Shown here piece by piece: positions 11,828-24,545 of a DNA stretch of 64,000 bases. Under the pieces are notes generated by a model, which saw nothing but the letters and a program-made list of their open reading frames with translations, was not told where the DNA came from and searched no databases. Numbering within the stretch: the stretch's first letter is position 1; every line of letters starts with the position of its first letter. Location: the NCBI GenBank assembly GCA_002269645.1, contig NIVC01001744.1, forward strand, positions 1-64,000, read 5' to 3'. Source of the DNA: Macrostomum lignano. Taxonomy: Eukaryota. The translations under genes were made by a program, and so were the position numbers.

Positions 11828-12039
11828 TGTTGCGTATTGCTATGGCTAATGCAAAGTATAGACTTTTACTTCGAAAATAGTCTATGGTTTATGCGACGCG
11901 ATACGGTACTCTCCTTTGTTTGCTAAGCTTCGAATCTTTTCATTTAGGAGCACAAGACCCTAGGAGCGCGCTGCCGCTAAAATATAGCTTAATTTCAAAC
12001 TACCATAATTCATTGACTTGGCGTTCCTCAAACAAAACA
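11828..12039 (+). repeat. 3' LTR (212 bp)
   Basis: Preceded by GTGGGGG and followed by TSD AAAGG. Confidence 0.97.
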
Positions 12040-12532
12040 AAAGGGAAGGGGATCAATCTTTGATCCGCCGAGCTATACTTGTGTACCAGCCTTTAGGGGA
12101 TTATATGGACGATAAAATGGGGATCTACGCAGTTTAGAACATTTCCCGTATCTAAAAGTTGGTACAACTAAGAAAAATCGGAGAACCGATGTTCGTCAAT
12201 ATAGAATATTCTATTTGCAACATGAAATTTGCAGCAGGATATGCAACGGCTTATGGACAAAAATTAGCTTACCAGTGCAATTTCCAGCTTTTTCTACCAT
12301 TCCTTGAGAAAAGAGACTTGAAAATGGCTGCTCTCTCTATAAACGAGCATAGCTATAGTTCCATGTTGGTCGTGCTTATTTACCCGTACATGTACGTTAA
12401 ACAATCAAAAGTGCACCTGGAGGGGTGGCTGAGGACTGCCCTGCCCCTGTACAGTTTTCTTAAAACTTTATTACGCCCGTCGAAATTGTAACTGGGAGCA
12501 TTTTGGTCCGTCATTGGCTATCGTCATTTCGT

Positions 12533-13090
12533 TAGGGATGCCAAAAACCATGCATTTTTTGAGAACCGGTTAACCGCTTTAAACAACTGTACTTTTCAGG
12601 AAACCAGTTTTTTGAAAAACAATTTTTTAATAAACCTGAGACCCCAAAATGTATTGAATTTTGAACTCCCAATTTAGCATAACTCGTTATTCCGTCCATT
12701 CACATGCTTCTTCTCTGCAATCTCGATCTGGTCTGGGGGTCTCTGTCTGATTAATGAGTGAGTGAGTTCATTCGTAGTGAAGTGTAGGGCCTCGTGTTCA
12801 ATTTAATATCTTCAGATAGTGTCACGTGTTACGTACTCACAAAAATCACAATGTACATGTATTGCGTTATTTTCGCACAGACTATAGTGTAGGCTCAGGC
12901 AGTCTTCTGCCAATTATATGAACGAAAATATATGCCTTGTTTTACTTAAAAATGGATAGAATTTTTTTCAAGTTTATCTATTTGTCGGAAAAAACCGCAA
13001 AAACGGACATTAGAACGTAAGTTTTTCTGAAACCGGTTTTTGGCCGAAAAACCGGTTTTTTAGCGAACCGGTTAACAGCGGTTAGCATCC
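12533..13090. mobile_element. Possible hAT-type non-autonomous relic
   Basis: Left end TAGGGATGCC, right end ...GCATCC (truncated), AACCGGTT(AAC) subterminal motifs at both ends; no TSD found. Confidence 0.4.
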
Positions 13091-15917
13091 GGTTGGCGCC
13101 GCCCCGGTTCAATACGAGTGTAGTGTATTTCACACACTCGCCAGATTTTATGGAAAAGTCTGTAGTCTAAAAGGCAGATCAGGGGCTGCAGGGCGGTCCG
13201 AAGACGCAGCGGGGAGGCGAGCGTCGCCCATTACGCTATCAGATCAAGGGCAGATTGTCAAAAATGAGTACAATGGATACAAATGTAGTTTCTGAATAAA
13301 ATTGATAGGTAGGCGAATATGGTATGATCCGTGCCTTCTGTTTGTTTGCAGGATTGACTTTTCTTGGCACACTAATTGAGATAAGATAAGAACCCAGTGC
13401 ATTCAACACCAACCCAAGGACTACTCGAGTAGAAGGACGAAAAGCTACTTTTCTTAGAAAATGTTAAGGAGGCTGGTTTTCGCCGAAAAATACACTTTCA
13501 GCTTCCTTTTTTTGAGCACAAAAATTGTTATTGCTTTCGATAGGAGGCAGACCCAATGTTCATCTTTTGATATGTTGCGCCTTTCTTTCAGCTCTATTGA
13601 TATTCATAAAGATTTTCGTTCATTAAATTAGGATTCTATGTTAATTTTTTATTCTACATACAATTACAAACATGTATGTCATGTGCCTAAAAACCATAAA
13701 AACGACACAGCTCGGCTCATTGGTTTTATGAATCTATTTTATCATTCTTATTAGCTCACTGTGTGTAACAATATGTGTAACAGAGATGACAAAATGATCT
13801 CATGATTCAGGGTCTCAGGATTCCTTGGCCACCACAACACTGGGTTGGGTTTGGAGATTTCGACAATTGAGTATGCTTAAGCTTAGTTGGTTATTTGTAC
13901 TTTGCTTACTTACTTTCGGTGTGCTGACTGATGAGCTTTTTTGACGCAGAAATTGCGTGTTTAATTAAATACTAAAAGCAAGACTAGTTTGTTCGCTTGT
14001 TACGTGTACAATGAGCACTCAGATGAGCAAACCGAAGCGCAACTATGGCCAAGACAGAGAAAACAGAGGGAGGCCTGCTGACCACCGTCTCGGACGGAAT
14101 TTCCGTCTATGCTCTGCCCTCCGCTTAAATTCAAAACCATCAGCATTCCATGCCACCACGTGATGAAGCAAGAGACAAGTGAAAACCCAGTGAAATCCAC
14201 TGCAGCTTTGCATGACCGTGTAAATCTCCAATACACCTAGCTCGATCTACTGTCTTCCAGAAAAAAGTTCTCGCCATCAGCTCCTGTGTAGCTTTAAACT
14301 CAGCGAGATTATCCTCCCACTCGGACAATCAAGCGGCGATTCAGGCCATTGAGCGCACCACCACCTGTTCTAATTCTAGCTTAACCGTTTAGGCGCCTCT
14401 AACAATTAAAGGTGTCTCTAAGGTGGATTCCCGGGCACTCGTGCCCCTCTCGAAAACGAGCTGGCCGATCGCCTGGCCAAGGCTGGCTCGGCTCGACCGG
14501 GTCTTTCACTGGCTCCCATCCTCACGGCATATATCACACGTAGCTCGGATTGAATAGTGCGATGGCATCCAAGCACAGAGTGAGGTAGGCTAGCTCCTCG
14601 ACTGCGTGGCTGTCCGCCGTCCCTTCCCCCGCTTCCCAAGTGCTCTTATTTGACTCAACCGCAGGCCGGACATTATGACATAACCACCATTGTCCTCTCT
14701 GAAGGAATGTATAGAATGCCCACGCGTCATATGTGAATGTCCCCCGGGAAACGAATCTTGGCCTAGCTATAATTTATAAAAAAGTAAAAAGTACATTTTT
14801 CTATTTATTTCGTATCACACTAATAATGAGTAATCAATGCAGAAGAAAACTAGCAAACCCGAGAGAGTTCGAATTATATACTTCCTACTTTGTAGAACTT
14901 TTTAACATCAATTAAAGAAACTTCTGTTTTCCGTCATTTATACTGTATGAGCTCATTCTAACTGGAGTTATGATCCCTTTTCTAAAATTCTAGATAAATG
15001 TACGCCTTTGAAACAAAACCTTTCCGCATCTCGCTGAAGTACTGATCAAAGTTACCTCTCTGTGCTCTAAATGAAATATTATACTTCGCTCTCAAAAGAA
15101 AGGCGATTAATTTCTCCTGGTAAAGCTTCTCCAGTTGGAAGGGATCGCAACAGCAGAAATAATTCGGCAGTTCGTTCCGCGGCGAAGGGTCGTGTGTGTT
15201 GCACCACCTCACAAATGAAGCGACCGTTTCTATCAGTTCTTATTCACTACGATAGGCACAGTGATCTTCCTTGTAATTTTTTATTGTAATTAAATTTTTG
15301 CACATTTTACTTTATGCTTTTCCAGTCTGGTACAAATATCAGTATTATGTTTTGTTAAGACTAAGACGTATAAAAACTTCGAGTATTTAAGTTTACAACA
15401 ACATGCATTTTTCTTTTCGAAAGAAGATAAATTTGAGAATTTAACGTTTATATAAGGTATATACCTTTTTATATATTGACTGATTGGTATGGCCTATCGG
15501 GCATCTCAGTATAGGTTGCCTAATAATATCATTCTATTCCATAAAAAAATCCGAATTGTAAAATGATATGTTTTTTAATTTTTCGGCTAGGGCCTAGTCT
15601 GTCTAGCATTTGTTTTAGTGTATATAGACATAACATTATTCTTTCATATTATACAATTAAATTTCACTTTTGTGGTTTTTTATACTATATAAAATTCTAA
15701 CTTGGCCTTATCCTAATTCCTAGGTCTATAAAAAGATAAATAATCTAAACTAAATATTCATTTATATCTATAGAGTATAGGGTATTACTAATACCTATAG
15801 ACATCATTTTTTATTATTGTTTCCATATAACATATTATATCAAATGGTCAAGGCTTTAAAAATAATAAATCCAATTATATATACTATACTATTTTGGATA
15901 TGTATTAGTGTATAGTA

Positions 15918-17577
15918 TTAGGGCTTCAACAAGCTGTTGAAGCCCGCAGATTTTGAACCCAGGGAACTCCAATCCCCAGAACTATTTTTGCATGTATTCT
16001 AAAATCTGAGGTAAAACTCAGAAAAAACTTATTAATAGTTAGGATAGAGTTGAATATAAAATAGAGTACATTTGTATAAAATTAGGATTTGAGACAAACA
16101 TTGATATTGTTGGCTGGTATTCTGCGCAGAATGTCAAGCAAACTCTGGCCTCTACCTCTGCCTTTCCCTATGTCCCTTGCATCCTTTGAATGAAACTTCT
16201 ATTTTCTCTTCTATTCCCTCTCTTCTCTCTCATCTCTTGTCTCATCTCTCTCCTCTCCTCTCTTCTTTCTTCTCTCATCTCTTCTTTCTCCCCTCTATTC
16301 TTTTCTTTCTCCTCTCCTTTCTCCTTTCTCCTCTCTTCTCTCAACTCTCTCTTTTCCTCTCTCCACTCACTCCTCAAATCTCTTCTATTATCTCTTTCCT
16401 TACCTCTCTCTTCTCTCTCATCTTTGTTCTCTTATCTCTCTTTTCTCTTTTATCTTTTCTCTCTTATCTCTTCTCATTTCTCTCTGCTCACTCCTCTCTC
16501 TCTCTTTCTCTCTTGTCTCATATCTTTTCTCCTCTCTAATCTTTCCACTTGTCCTGAAGAAGAATACAATAATTTTGAAATATCCGCAATTCAATTAAAC
16601 TGACTTTGTTCAGTCCTTTCTACCGTTACCATGTCAGTGCCTGAGATTGGAGGTGCCCTCCTCTCTCCCTCTCTCTCTGCCTCTCTCTCTTCTGTCTAAT
16701 CTCTTTTCTCCTCTCCAATCTCTCCCCTCTTTCCTCTCCTCTCTTGTCCTTTCCTCTCTTTCCCCTGTCCTCTTGATTCTTTCCCCCCTCCTCTCTCCTC
16801 ACTCACTTCTCTCTCATCTCTTATTTCTTATCTTTCCTCTCTACTCTCCCATCCCTCATCTGTTCACTCTCGTTTCTGCTATCTCATCTCCCCTATCGCC
16901 TCAGAGCCCTATCGCCTGACCCTTTGTCTGGGCTGGGGGAATGAGTGAGAGTGAGTGAGCGGCATAAACAACAGAAAAAGCAGACAAACTTCACATGCTT
17001 ACAGTTTCTGTTCTGATTAAGATACAGAGTTGAAACTTTACATTTAGACAAAGAATGAGTCAATGAAGAATTGTGTCAAGTTTGAAGTCAATCGCTTTAT
17101 GTGGAGCAAACTTATAGCAGCTGAAAAATAGTCAATTTTCAAACCCATTTTCCACATCTCGCCAGATAAGGGGAAAGAGAGGCAGGCAGAGGTTGGGGTG
17201 GCTGTCTCGCTGACAAAAACAGCCTAAATTTAAAAGTGCACAGCGCCGTTCAGGATTAAATTTCAGACTAGAAATTTACACGATTGTGTCAAAATAGTTA
17301 AAGATTATTTGTGTCAAATTTAAAGATGATCGGTAGAAGTGGAGCGGCGCTATAAAGGATTTAGTGAAAACATCGCGCATTTTGAGCAGTTTTTTGCACT
17401 TTTAGGTAGAAAGACTCAAATTTAGGAAATTTTAAGGTAGCCTATGACACTTTCCATAGTGAATTTAGGGTGGGTGCAAAATTTGGTGTAGTTTGATTGA
17501 GCAGTTTGGGAGTCCATAGCGAAGTAATTTGTCAGACACAGACAGACACACAGAGTTTTGGTTTTATAGGTATAGAT
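15918..17577 (+). mobile_element. Helitron/Helentron-like (HINE/DINE-type) non-autonomous repeat, tentative
   Basis: 5' perfect hairpin GGGCTTCAACA-AGC-TGTTGAAGCCC (15921-15945), internal CT-rich tract, 3' CAGA/CA microsatellite ending TTTTATAGGTATAGAT. Part of it recurs inverted at ~41580-42035. Confidence 0.5.
16190..16910. repeat. CT-rich low-complexity tracts
   Basis: Polypyrimidine (CT/CTT) sequence interrupted at ~16545-16660. Confidence 0.9.
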
Positions 17578-17984
17578 ATACTACTAATAAGTAGAATGCT
17601 GCAATTATTAGAAAAAGCAAAGTAGATCTTAAAGAATATATATATATTATATATATCTAGTATTAAGAAAGTTATGACCCTCTAATCTTGGTAATGCTCA
17701 AGAGCTAGATGATCAAATACTGAGATTACTGAGAGATATTTACAAGATTTATTCTAAGAAATATATGCAAGGAATTCTAGGCATATAATAAAATCAAATA
17801 AAGTATATAAAAAGTAGGAACACTATCAGTATAAAGTAAGAAAAACTCGGACTAATATTCTAACTTATCTTTAGAAATTAATTATAGTCTTGTAATAACA
17901 AAATTTGGAGCCAGCAGTAGATATTTCAGAGACCCCAGCATAGTAAAACATAAAATGGCATTTAAATGTATTTCAGACAATATA

Positions 17985-19538
17985 ATGTCCTTACTTGAGA
18001 CCTATGAGCAGCAGTTTGGCATAACAACAGCCGAGATAACTAGTAAAATTAACCAGATTAGTCACCTATCAAGTACAGGTGAGGTCACTTTACATAAATA
18101 AATAAGATATATTGTCTGCTATTCTTGTGTCCAAAAATCAATAACTTACTATTTTTGTGTATCTATAGATGACCGAGTGACCACTATTAGCCAAGCAGAG
18201 CGACTGTTTGCCGAGGCCAAGGAGACCCTGGAACAGCTGGAGCTGGAGATACGAAGCCAGCCACCATCGCTCAGGCAGAAGTACACTACCCGGCTGCAGA
18301 GCTATTCCGCCGAGCACAAGAAACTGGAGGTGGATTTTCGTCGGGCTAGGTAAATGGGGCCCACACCCTACTCACTGATCCTCTGGGTGCTGCCGCTCTA
18401 CTCACAGATCCTCCCGATCTCCCAGATCCCAGTTTGACCCATCAATCCTCCCAGAACACTATTGGTTTCCCAATGGTTCCAGATCTCCATATTAATCTCC
18501 AAATCCTCTCAGATCCCTATCTTAATCTCCAATCTTCTCGAATCCCTATCTTGATCCCACAACTCTCCCTGACCCCTAATCCTCTCAGATCCCCAATCTT
18601 AATCTCCAATCCTCCCAGATCCCCATCTTGGTTTCCCAATCCTCCCAGATCCCCATCTTAGTTTCCCAATCCTCCCAGATCCCCATCTTGGTTTCCCAAT
18701 CCTCCTAGATCCCCATTTTGGTTTCCCAATCCTCCTAGATCCCCATTTTGGTTTCCCAATCCTCCCAGATCCTCATCTTGGTTTCCCAATCCTCCCAGAT
18801 CCCCATCTTAGTTTCCCAATCCTCCCAGATCCCCATCTTGGTTTCCCAATCCTCCTCGATCCCCATTTTGGTTTCCCAATCCTCCTAGATCCCCATTTTG
18901 GTTTCCCAATCCTCCCAGATCCCCATCTTCGTTTCCCAATCCTCCCAGATCCTCATCTTGGTTTCCCAATCCTCTCAGATCCCCATCTTGGTTTCCCAAT
19001 CCTCCCAGGTCTTCATCTTGATCCCTCGCCACTCCTAGAGCTCATCTGGGTTACGAATCCTCCCAGATCCACTGATTTATCTCGAATCCTCATTTGAACT
19101 GCCAGAGAGGCCGGCCAGGCCAAGCGGGATCGAGACGAGCTTCTGTCGGAGGCCGAACAGTCGCTGCAGCATCGCCACGACGAGCTGGCCTCCGACTACC
19201 GCACCCGCCTGCTGGACAATACCGAACGTCTCGAACGTGCCGGTCGTCGTATCGACGAAGGCCTTGGCAGTGTTGAAACAACTCAACAAGTTGGCCGGAC
19301 CATTCTGGCCGATCTGGCCGGACAGCGGGAGACGCTGGAGCGCGGCCGAGACCGGCTACGCGGCGCCGATAGGGATCTGGGCGCCAGCAGTCGGATACTG
19401 AGCGGCATGCTGCGCAGGGTGGTGCAGAATCGGGCTCTGCTGCTGCTCATACTGGCCGTTGTGCTCATTGTTATTGGCCTGGCTGTTTACACCGTGGCCA
19501 GGGCCAACTTGTCTGGGCGGACGGCCGCGGCCGGATGA
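17985..19538 (+). CDS. vti1a: Vesicle transport through interaction with t-SNAREs 1A (Qb-SNARE), 235 aa
   Basis: join(17985..18078,18169..18349,19106..19538), 708 nt, GT-AG introns in phase. MSLLETYEQQFGITTAEITSKI...RTRLLDNTERLER...QRETLER...SSRILSGMLRRVVQNR followed by a TM helix. Confidence 0.95.
18590..19020. repeat. 30-bp tandem repeat CCTCCCAGATCCCCATCTTGGTTTCCCAAT in vti1a intron 2
   Basis: Direct inspection, ~13 copies. Confidence 0.95.
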
Positions 19539-19980
19539 ATGGAGAAAGTCGGGATCCAGAGGGCTCTGAAGCGGTCTCTGGGATCTGTTGCTAGGATTTG
19601 GGATTTCCCAGGATCACTTGTTAGGATTGGCCCTAAATATTCGGAAAAGTTCTGAAATTCAATGTGTCACTGCGGTTCACTATCTGATTTCTATCTGTAA
19701 TATCTGGCTGGGGCCATCGGCGACATCGTGTCGCTGAGGCAATTCCGCCCATTCGACTCAGGCATGTACACTCTCTGTGCCTTGGGGGTTGGACCTCATG
19801 GGTAATGGGTGTGAACAAGCCCCAAATGAATGGCACGGAATCGAAGCAGGGGTCCTGGTACGAGAGTCAGGCGCGTTTACTGGTGAGCTGCTGCGTTCCC
19901 CTCCCCCTCGAAATCTGGGATTATAACAGATTCTGATTTAGGGATCTTATAATACAATAGGAATCTCATTTTCATTAGGG

Positions 19981-22050
19981 ATCCCAGATTATCATTGAAG
20001 ATCTTAGATTGTCATTTGAAATCTCAGATTGTAATTGGGGATCTGAGATTGTCATTTGGGATCTCAGATTGTTATTGGGAATCTCAGATTGTTATTTGGG
20101 ATCTCAGATTGTCATTTGGGATCTCAGATTGTCATTTGGGATCTCAGATTGTCATTGGGGATCTCAGGTTGTCATTTGGGATCTCAGATTGTCATTTGGG
20201 ATCTCAGATTGTCATTGGGGATCTCAGATTGTCATTTGAGATCTCAGATTGTCATTGGGAATCTCAGATTGTTATTTGGGATCTCAGATTGTCATTGAGG
20301 ATCTCAGATTGTTATTTGGGATCTCAGATTGTCATTTGGGATCTCAGATTGTCATTTGGGATCTCAGATTGTCATTGTGGATCTCAGATTGTTATTTGGG
20401 ATCTCAGATTGTCATTGAGGATCTCAGATTGTTATTTGGGATCTCAGATTGTTATTTGGGATCTCAGATTGTCATTGAGGATCTCAGATTGTTATTTGGG
20501 ATCTCAGATTGTCATTGAGGATCTCAGATTGTTATTTGGGATCTCAGATTGTCATTTGGGATCTCAGATTGTCATTTGGGATCTCAGATTGTCATTGGGG
20601 ATCTCAGGTTGTCATTTGGGATCTCAGATTGTCATTTGGGATCTCAGATTGTCATTGTGGATCTCAGATTGTCATTTGAGATCTCAGATTGTCATTGGGA
20701 ATCTCAGATTGTTATTTGGGATCTCAGATTGTCATTGAGGATCTCAGATTGTTATTTGGGATCTCAGATTGTCATTTGGGATCTCAGATTGTCATTGTGG
20801 ATCTCAGATTGTTATTTGGGATCTCAGATTGTCATTGAGGATCTCAGATTGTCATTTGGGATCTCAGATTGTCATTGAGGATCTCAGATTGTTATTTGGG
20901 ATCTCAGATTGTCATTTGGGATCTCAGATTGTCATTTGGGATCTCAGATTGTCATTGTGGATCTCAGATTGTCATTGTGGATCTCAGATTGTCATTGAGG
21001 ATCTCAGATTGTCATTTGGAATCTCAGATTGTCATTGGGAATCTCAGATTGTTATTTGGGATCTCAGATTGTCATTGGGGATCTCAGGTTGTCATTTGGG
21101 ATCTCAGATTGTCATTGGGGATCTCAGATTGTCATTGGGAATCTCAGATTGTCATTGGGAATCTCAGATTGTCATTGGGAATCTCAGATTGTTATTTGGG
21201 ATCTCAGATTGTCATTGGGGATCTCAGGTTGTCATTTGGGATCTCAGGTTGTCATTTGGGATCTCAGATGGTCATTTGGGATCTCAGATTGTCATTTGGG
21301 ATCTCAGATTGTCATTTGGGAATTGGGATCTCAGATTGTCATTTGGGATCTCAGATTGTCATTTGGGATCTCAGATTGTCATTGTGGATCTCAGATTGTC
21401 ATTTAGGATCTCAGATTGTCGTTTGGGATCTCAGATTGTCATTTGGGATCTCCGATTGTCATTGGGAATCTCAGATTGTTATTTGGGATCTCAGATTGTC
21501 ATTGGGGATCTCAGGTTGTCATTGGGAATCTCAGATTGTTATTTGGGATCTCAGATTGTCATTGGGGATCTCAGGTTGTCATTTGGGATCTCAGATTGTC
21601 ATTTGGGATCTCAGATTGTCATTGGGGATCTCAGGTTGTCATTTGGGATCTCAGATTGTCATTGTGGATCTCAGATTGTCATTTGGGATCTCAGATTGTC
21701 ATTTGAGATCTCAGATTGTCATTGGGAATCTCAGATTGTTATTTGGGATCTCAGATTGTCATTGAGGATCTCAGATTGTTATTTGGAATCTCAGATTGTC
21801 ATTTGGGATCTCAGATTGTCATTTGGGATCTCAGATTGTCATTGAGGATCTCAGATTGTTATTTGGGATCTCAGATTGTCATTGAGGATCTCAGATTGTT
21901 ATTTGGGATCTCAGATTGTCATTTGGGATCTCAGATTGTCATTGTGGATCTCAGATTGTCATTGTGGATCTCAGATTGTTATTTGGGATCTCAGATTGTT
22001 ATTTGGGATCTCAGATTGTAATTGAGGATCTCAGATTGTCATTTAGGATC
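19981..22050. repeat. 20-bp satellite ATCTCAGATTGTCATTTGGG, ~100 copies
   Basis: Direct inspection; one register slip near 21321. Confidence 0.98.
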
Positions 22051-23090
22051 TGATATCATGATTTAGAATTTCAGAATTAGGATTAGGGATTTCAAATTGT
22101 GTTTGAGGATCTCAGGTAATTAATAATAACCAGTACTAAACGAATGCAAGCGGTCGAACTGAATTCTAGCTTACACTAAGCGTTAAAGCGGTGCATTTAC
22201 TGAGCTGTGCAATGCGAATGAATGACTGAAAGCTGATTGATATTCTTTATTGCACCCCTATGTTATTATACATTCAATGCGACAGAAACCTTTTTTTCTT
22301 TGTTATAATGTTGACCTGTTGTGTACTGTACAGATTTGTGCATGATTTTACTGTTTGGTCTTTTGTTCTGTCATAGCCCATGTGATAGTACTCGGTAATT
22401 TTTTATTGGACAACACAGTTTGGCTTCTGTGCACTTCAAAGCGATAGGCTCATTGGAAACTACAAAAGAATGTTTTGTTTTAATTTCACAATAATATTTC
22501 GCGTGAATTGAAATTCTGTCTTACATTCTGCGCGATTTAATTACTCTATCAGTGTCTTTCCTTATAAGCTAGCTGTTTTTTTATATAGAAATCAAAATCT
22601 TATTGAGATGCTGGTTATTCATTCAATATTATATAAGCAATTCAGAGCGATATTATGTTGTCCTGGCATTGTCTTTTTAGTTCTGTTTTTATATGTTGTT
22701 TGGTACGCTAATTCGTTCTGCACTTAATTTCTCTTTTAATACTTGACCTGCAGTGCATCCTTAATGCAGGGGTTTTATAGATTACATTTATCCGCTTAAT
22801 TATGCTACTTTAACTAGTTTCTAGTGCGCGTGCTATTTGATTATAAATGTGCATCGAACTAATTTTCACGTTTTCATTATGTTGCTACAATTATTTTAAT
22901 TGGATTTCTTTTTGTACATTTATTTCTATAGCGATATATAATATGCTGTAGATAAACTAATTGATCTACAATGTTTTCATTGTGAATAACTACATGATGT
23001 ACTTTATTGTAGAGTGTAGACCCACAAGCCCAAGCAAGTTTTTATAAGCTTTTCTAAGGCCTAAATTGTGCTTTAAAATGTAGCAATTAT

Positions 23091-24350
23091 TAGTATCCAG
23101 TAGTCTCTATTAGTATCCTGTAGTCCCTATTATTATCCAGTAGTCCCTATTAGTATCCTGTAGTCCCTATTAGTATCCAGTAGACTCTATTAGTATCCAG
23201 TAGTCCCTATTAGTATCCTGTAGTCCCTATTAGTATCCAGTAGTCTCTATTATTATCCAGTAGTCCCTATTAGTATCCTGTAGTCCCTATTAGTACCCAG
23301 TAGTCTCTATTAGTATCCTGTAGTGTCTATTATTATCCAGTAGTCCCTATTAGTATCCTGTAGTCCCTATTAGTATCCAGTAGTCCCTATTAGTATCCAG
23401 TAGTCTCTATTAGTATCCAGTAGTCTCTATTAGTATCCAGTAGTCCCTATTACTATCCAGTAGTCCCTATTAGTATCCTGTAGTCCCTATTAGTATCCTG
23501 TAGTCTCTATTAGTATCCTGTAGTCCCTATTATTATCCAGTAGTCCCTATTAGTATCCTGTAGTCCCTATTAGTACCCAGTAGTCTTTATTAGTATCCTG
23601 TAGTGTCTATTATTATCCAGTAGTCCCTATTAGTATCCTGTAGTGTCTATTATTATCCAGTAGACTCTATTAGTATCCTGTAGTCCCTATTAGTATCCAG
23701 TAGTCCCTATTAGTATCCAGTAGTCTCTATTAGTATCCAGTAGTCTCTATTAGTATCCAGTAGTCCCTATTACTATCCAGTAGTCCCTATTAGTATCCTG
23801 TAGTCCCTATTAGTATCCAGTAGTCTCTATTAGTATCCTGTAGTCCCTATTATTATCCAGTAGTCCCTATTAGTATCCTGTAGTCCCTATTAGTACCCAG
23901 TAGTCTTTATTAGTATCCTGTAGTGTCTATTATTATCCAGTAGTCCCTATTAGTATCCTGTAGTCCCTATTAGTATCCAGTAGTCTCTATTAGTATCCAG
24001 TAGTCCCTATTAGTACCCAGTAGTCTCTATTAGTATCCAGTAGTCTCTATTATTATCCAGTAGTCTCAATTAGTATCCTGTAGTCCCTATTAGTATCCTG
24101 TAGTCCCTATTAGTATCCTGTAGTCCCTATTAGTATCCAGTAGTCCCTATTAGTATCCAGTAGTCTCTATTAGTATCCAGTAGTCTCTATTAGTATCCTG
24201 TAGTCCCTATTAGTATCCAGTAGTCCCTATTAGTATCCTGTAGTCCCTATTAGTATCCAGTAGTCTCTATTAGTATCCAGTAGTCCCTATTAGTATCCAG
24301 TAGTCTCTATTAGTATCCAGTAGTCTCTATTAGTATCCACTAGTCTCCAT
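23091..24350. repeat. 20-bp satellite TAGTATCCAGTAGTCCCTAT, ~60 copies
   Basis: Direct inspection; unit is two TAGT-starting 10-mers. Confidence 0.98.
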
Positions 24351-24545
24351 TAGTCTCTAGTAGTATCCTGAGAAAGTATACTGAGAAAATATTTCTTGCA
24401 TGGGGGCTATAGGTTTTATTGTCTGAATCTAAATTACATTTTGGAATTTAAGATCCATAGTCAGGATGCCATACAGAAAATAGAAAATCTAAGATAACAT
24501 TGTCAGCTTAAACTGATCCGATTTCATGTTTCTCTACTGCTGAAG

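Larger units (their letters stand above)
7648..12039 (+). mobile_element. Full-length Ty3/Gypsy LTR retrotransposon (Mag-like)
   Basis: Two 212-bp TG...CA LTRs, 5-bp TSD AAAGG (7643-7647; 12040-12044), PBS, G-rich PPT-like tract before the 3' LTR, single gag-pol ORF. Confidence 0.98.

Noticed and set aside
12159-12491. 110-aa ORF after the 3' LTR (possible env)
   Set aside because: Lies outside the LTR/TSD boundary, uses a non-ATG start, no homology signal.
14000-14640. GC-richer segment with short minus-strand ORFs (e.g. WMPSHYSI, weakly RNase H-like)
   Set aside because: Stops in all frames and no convincing motif set; possibly an old TE fragment, not assignable without a search.
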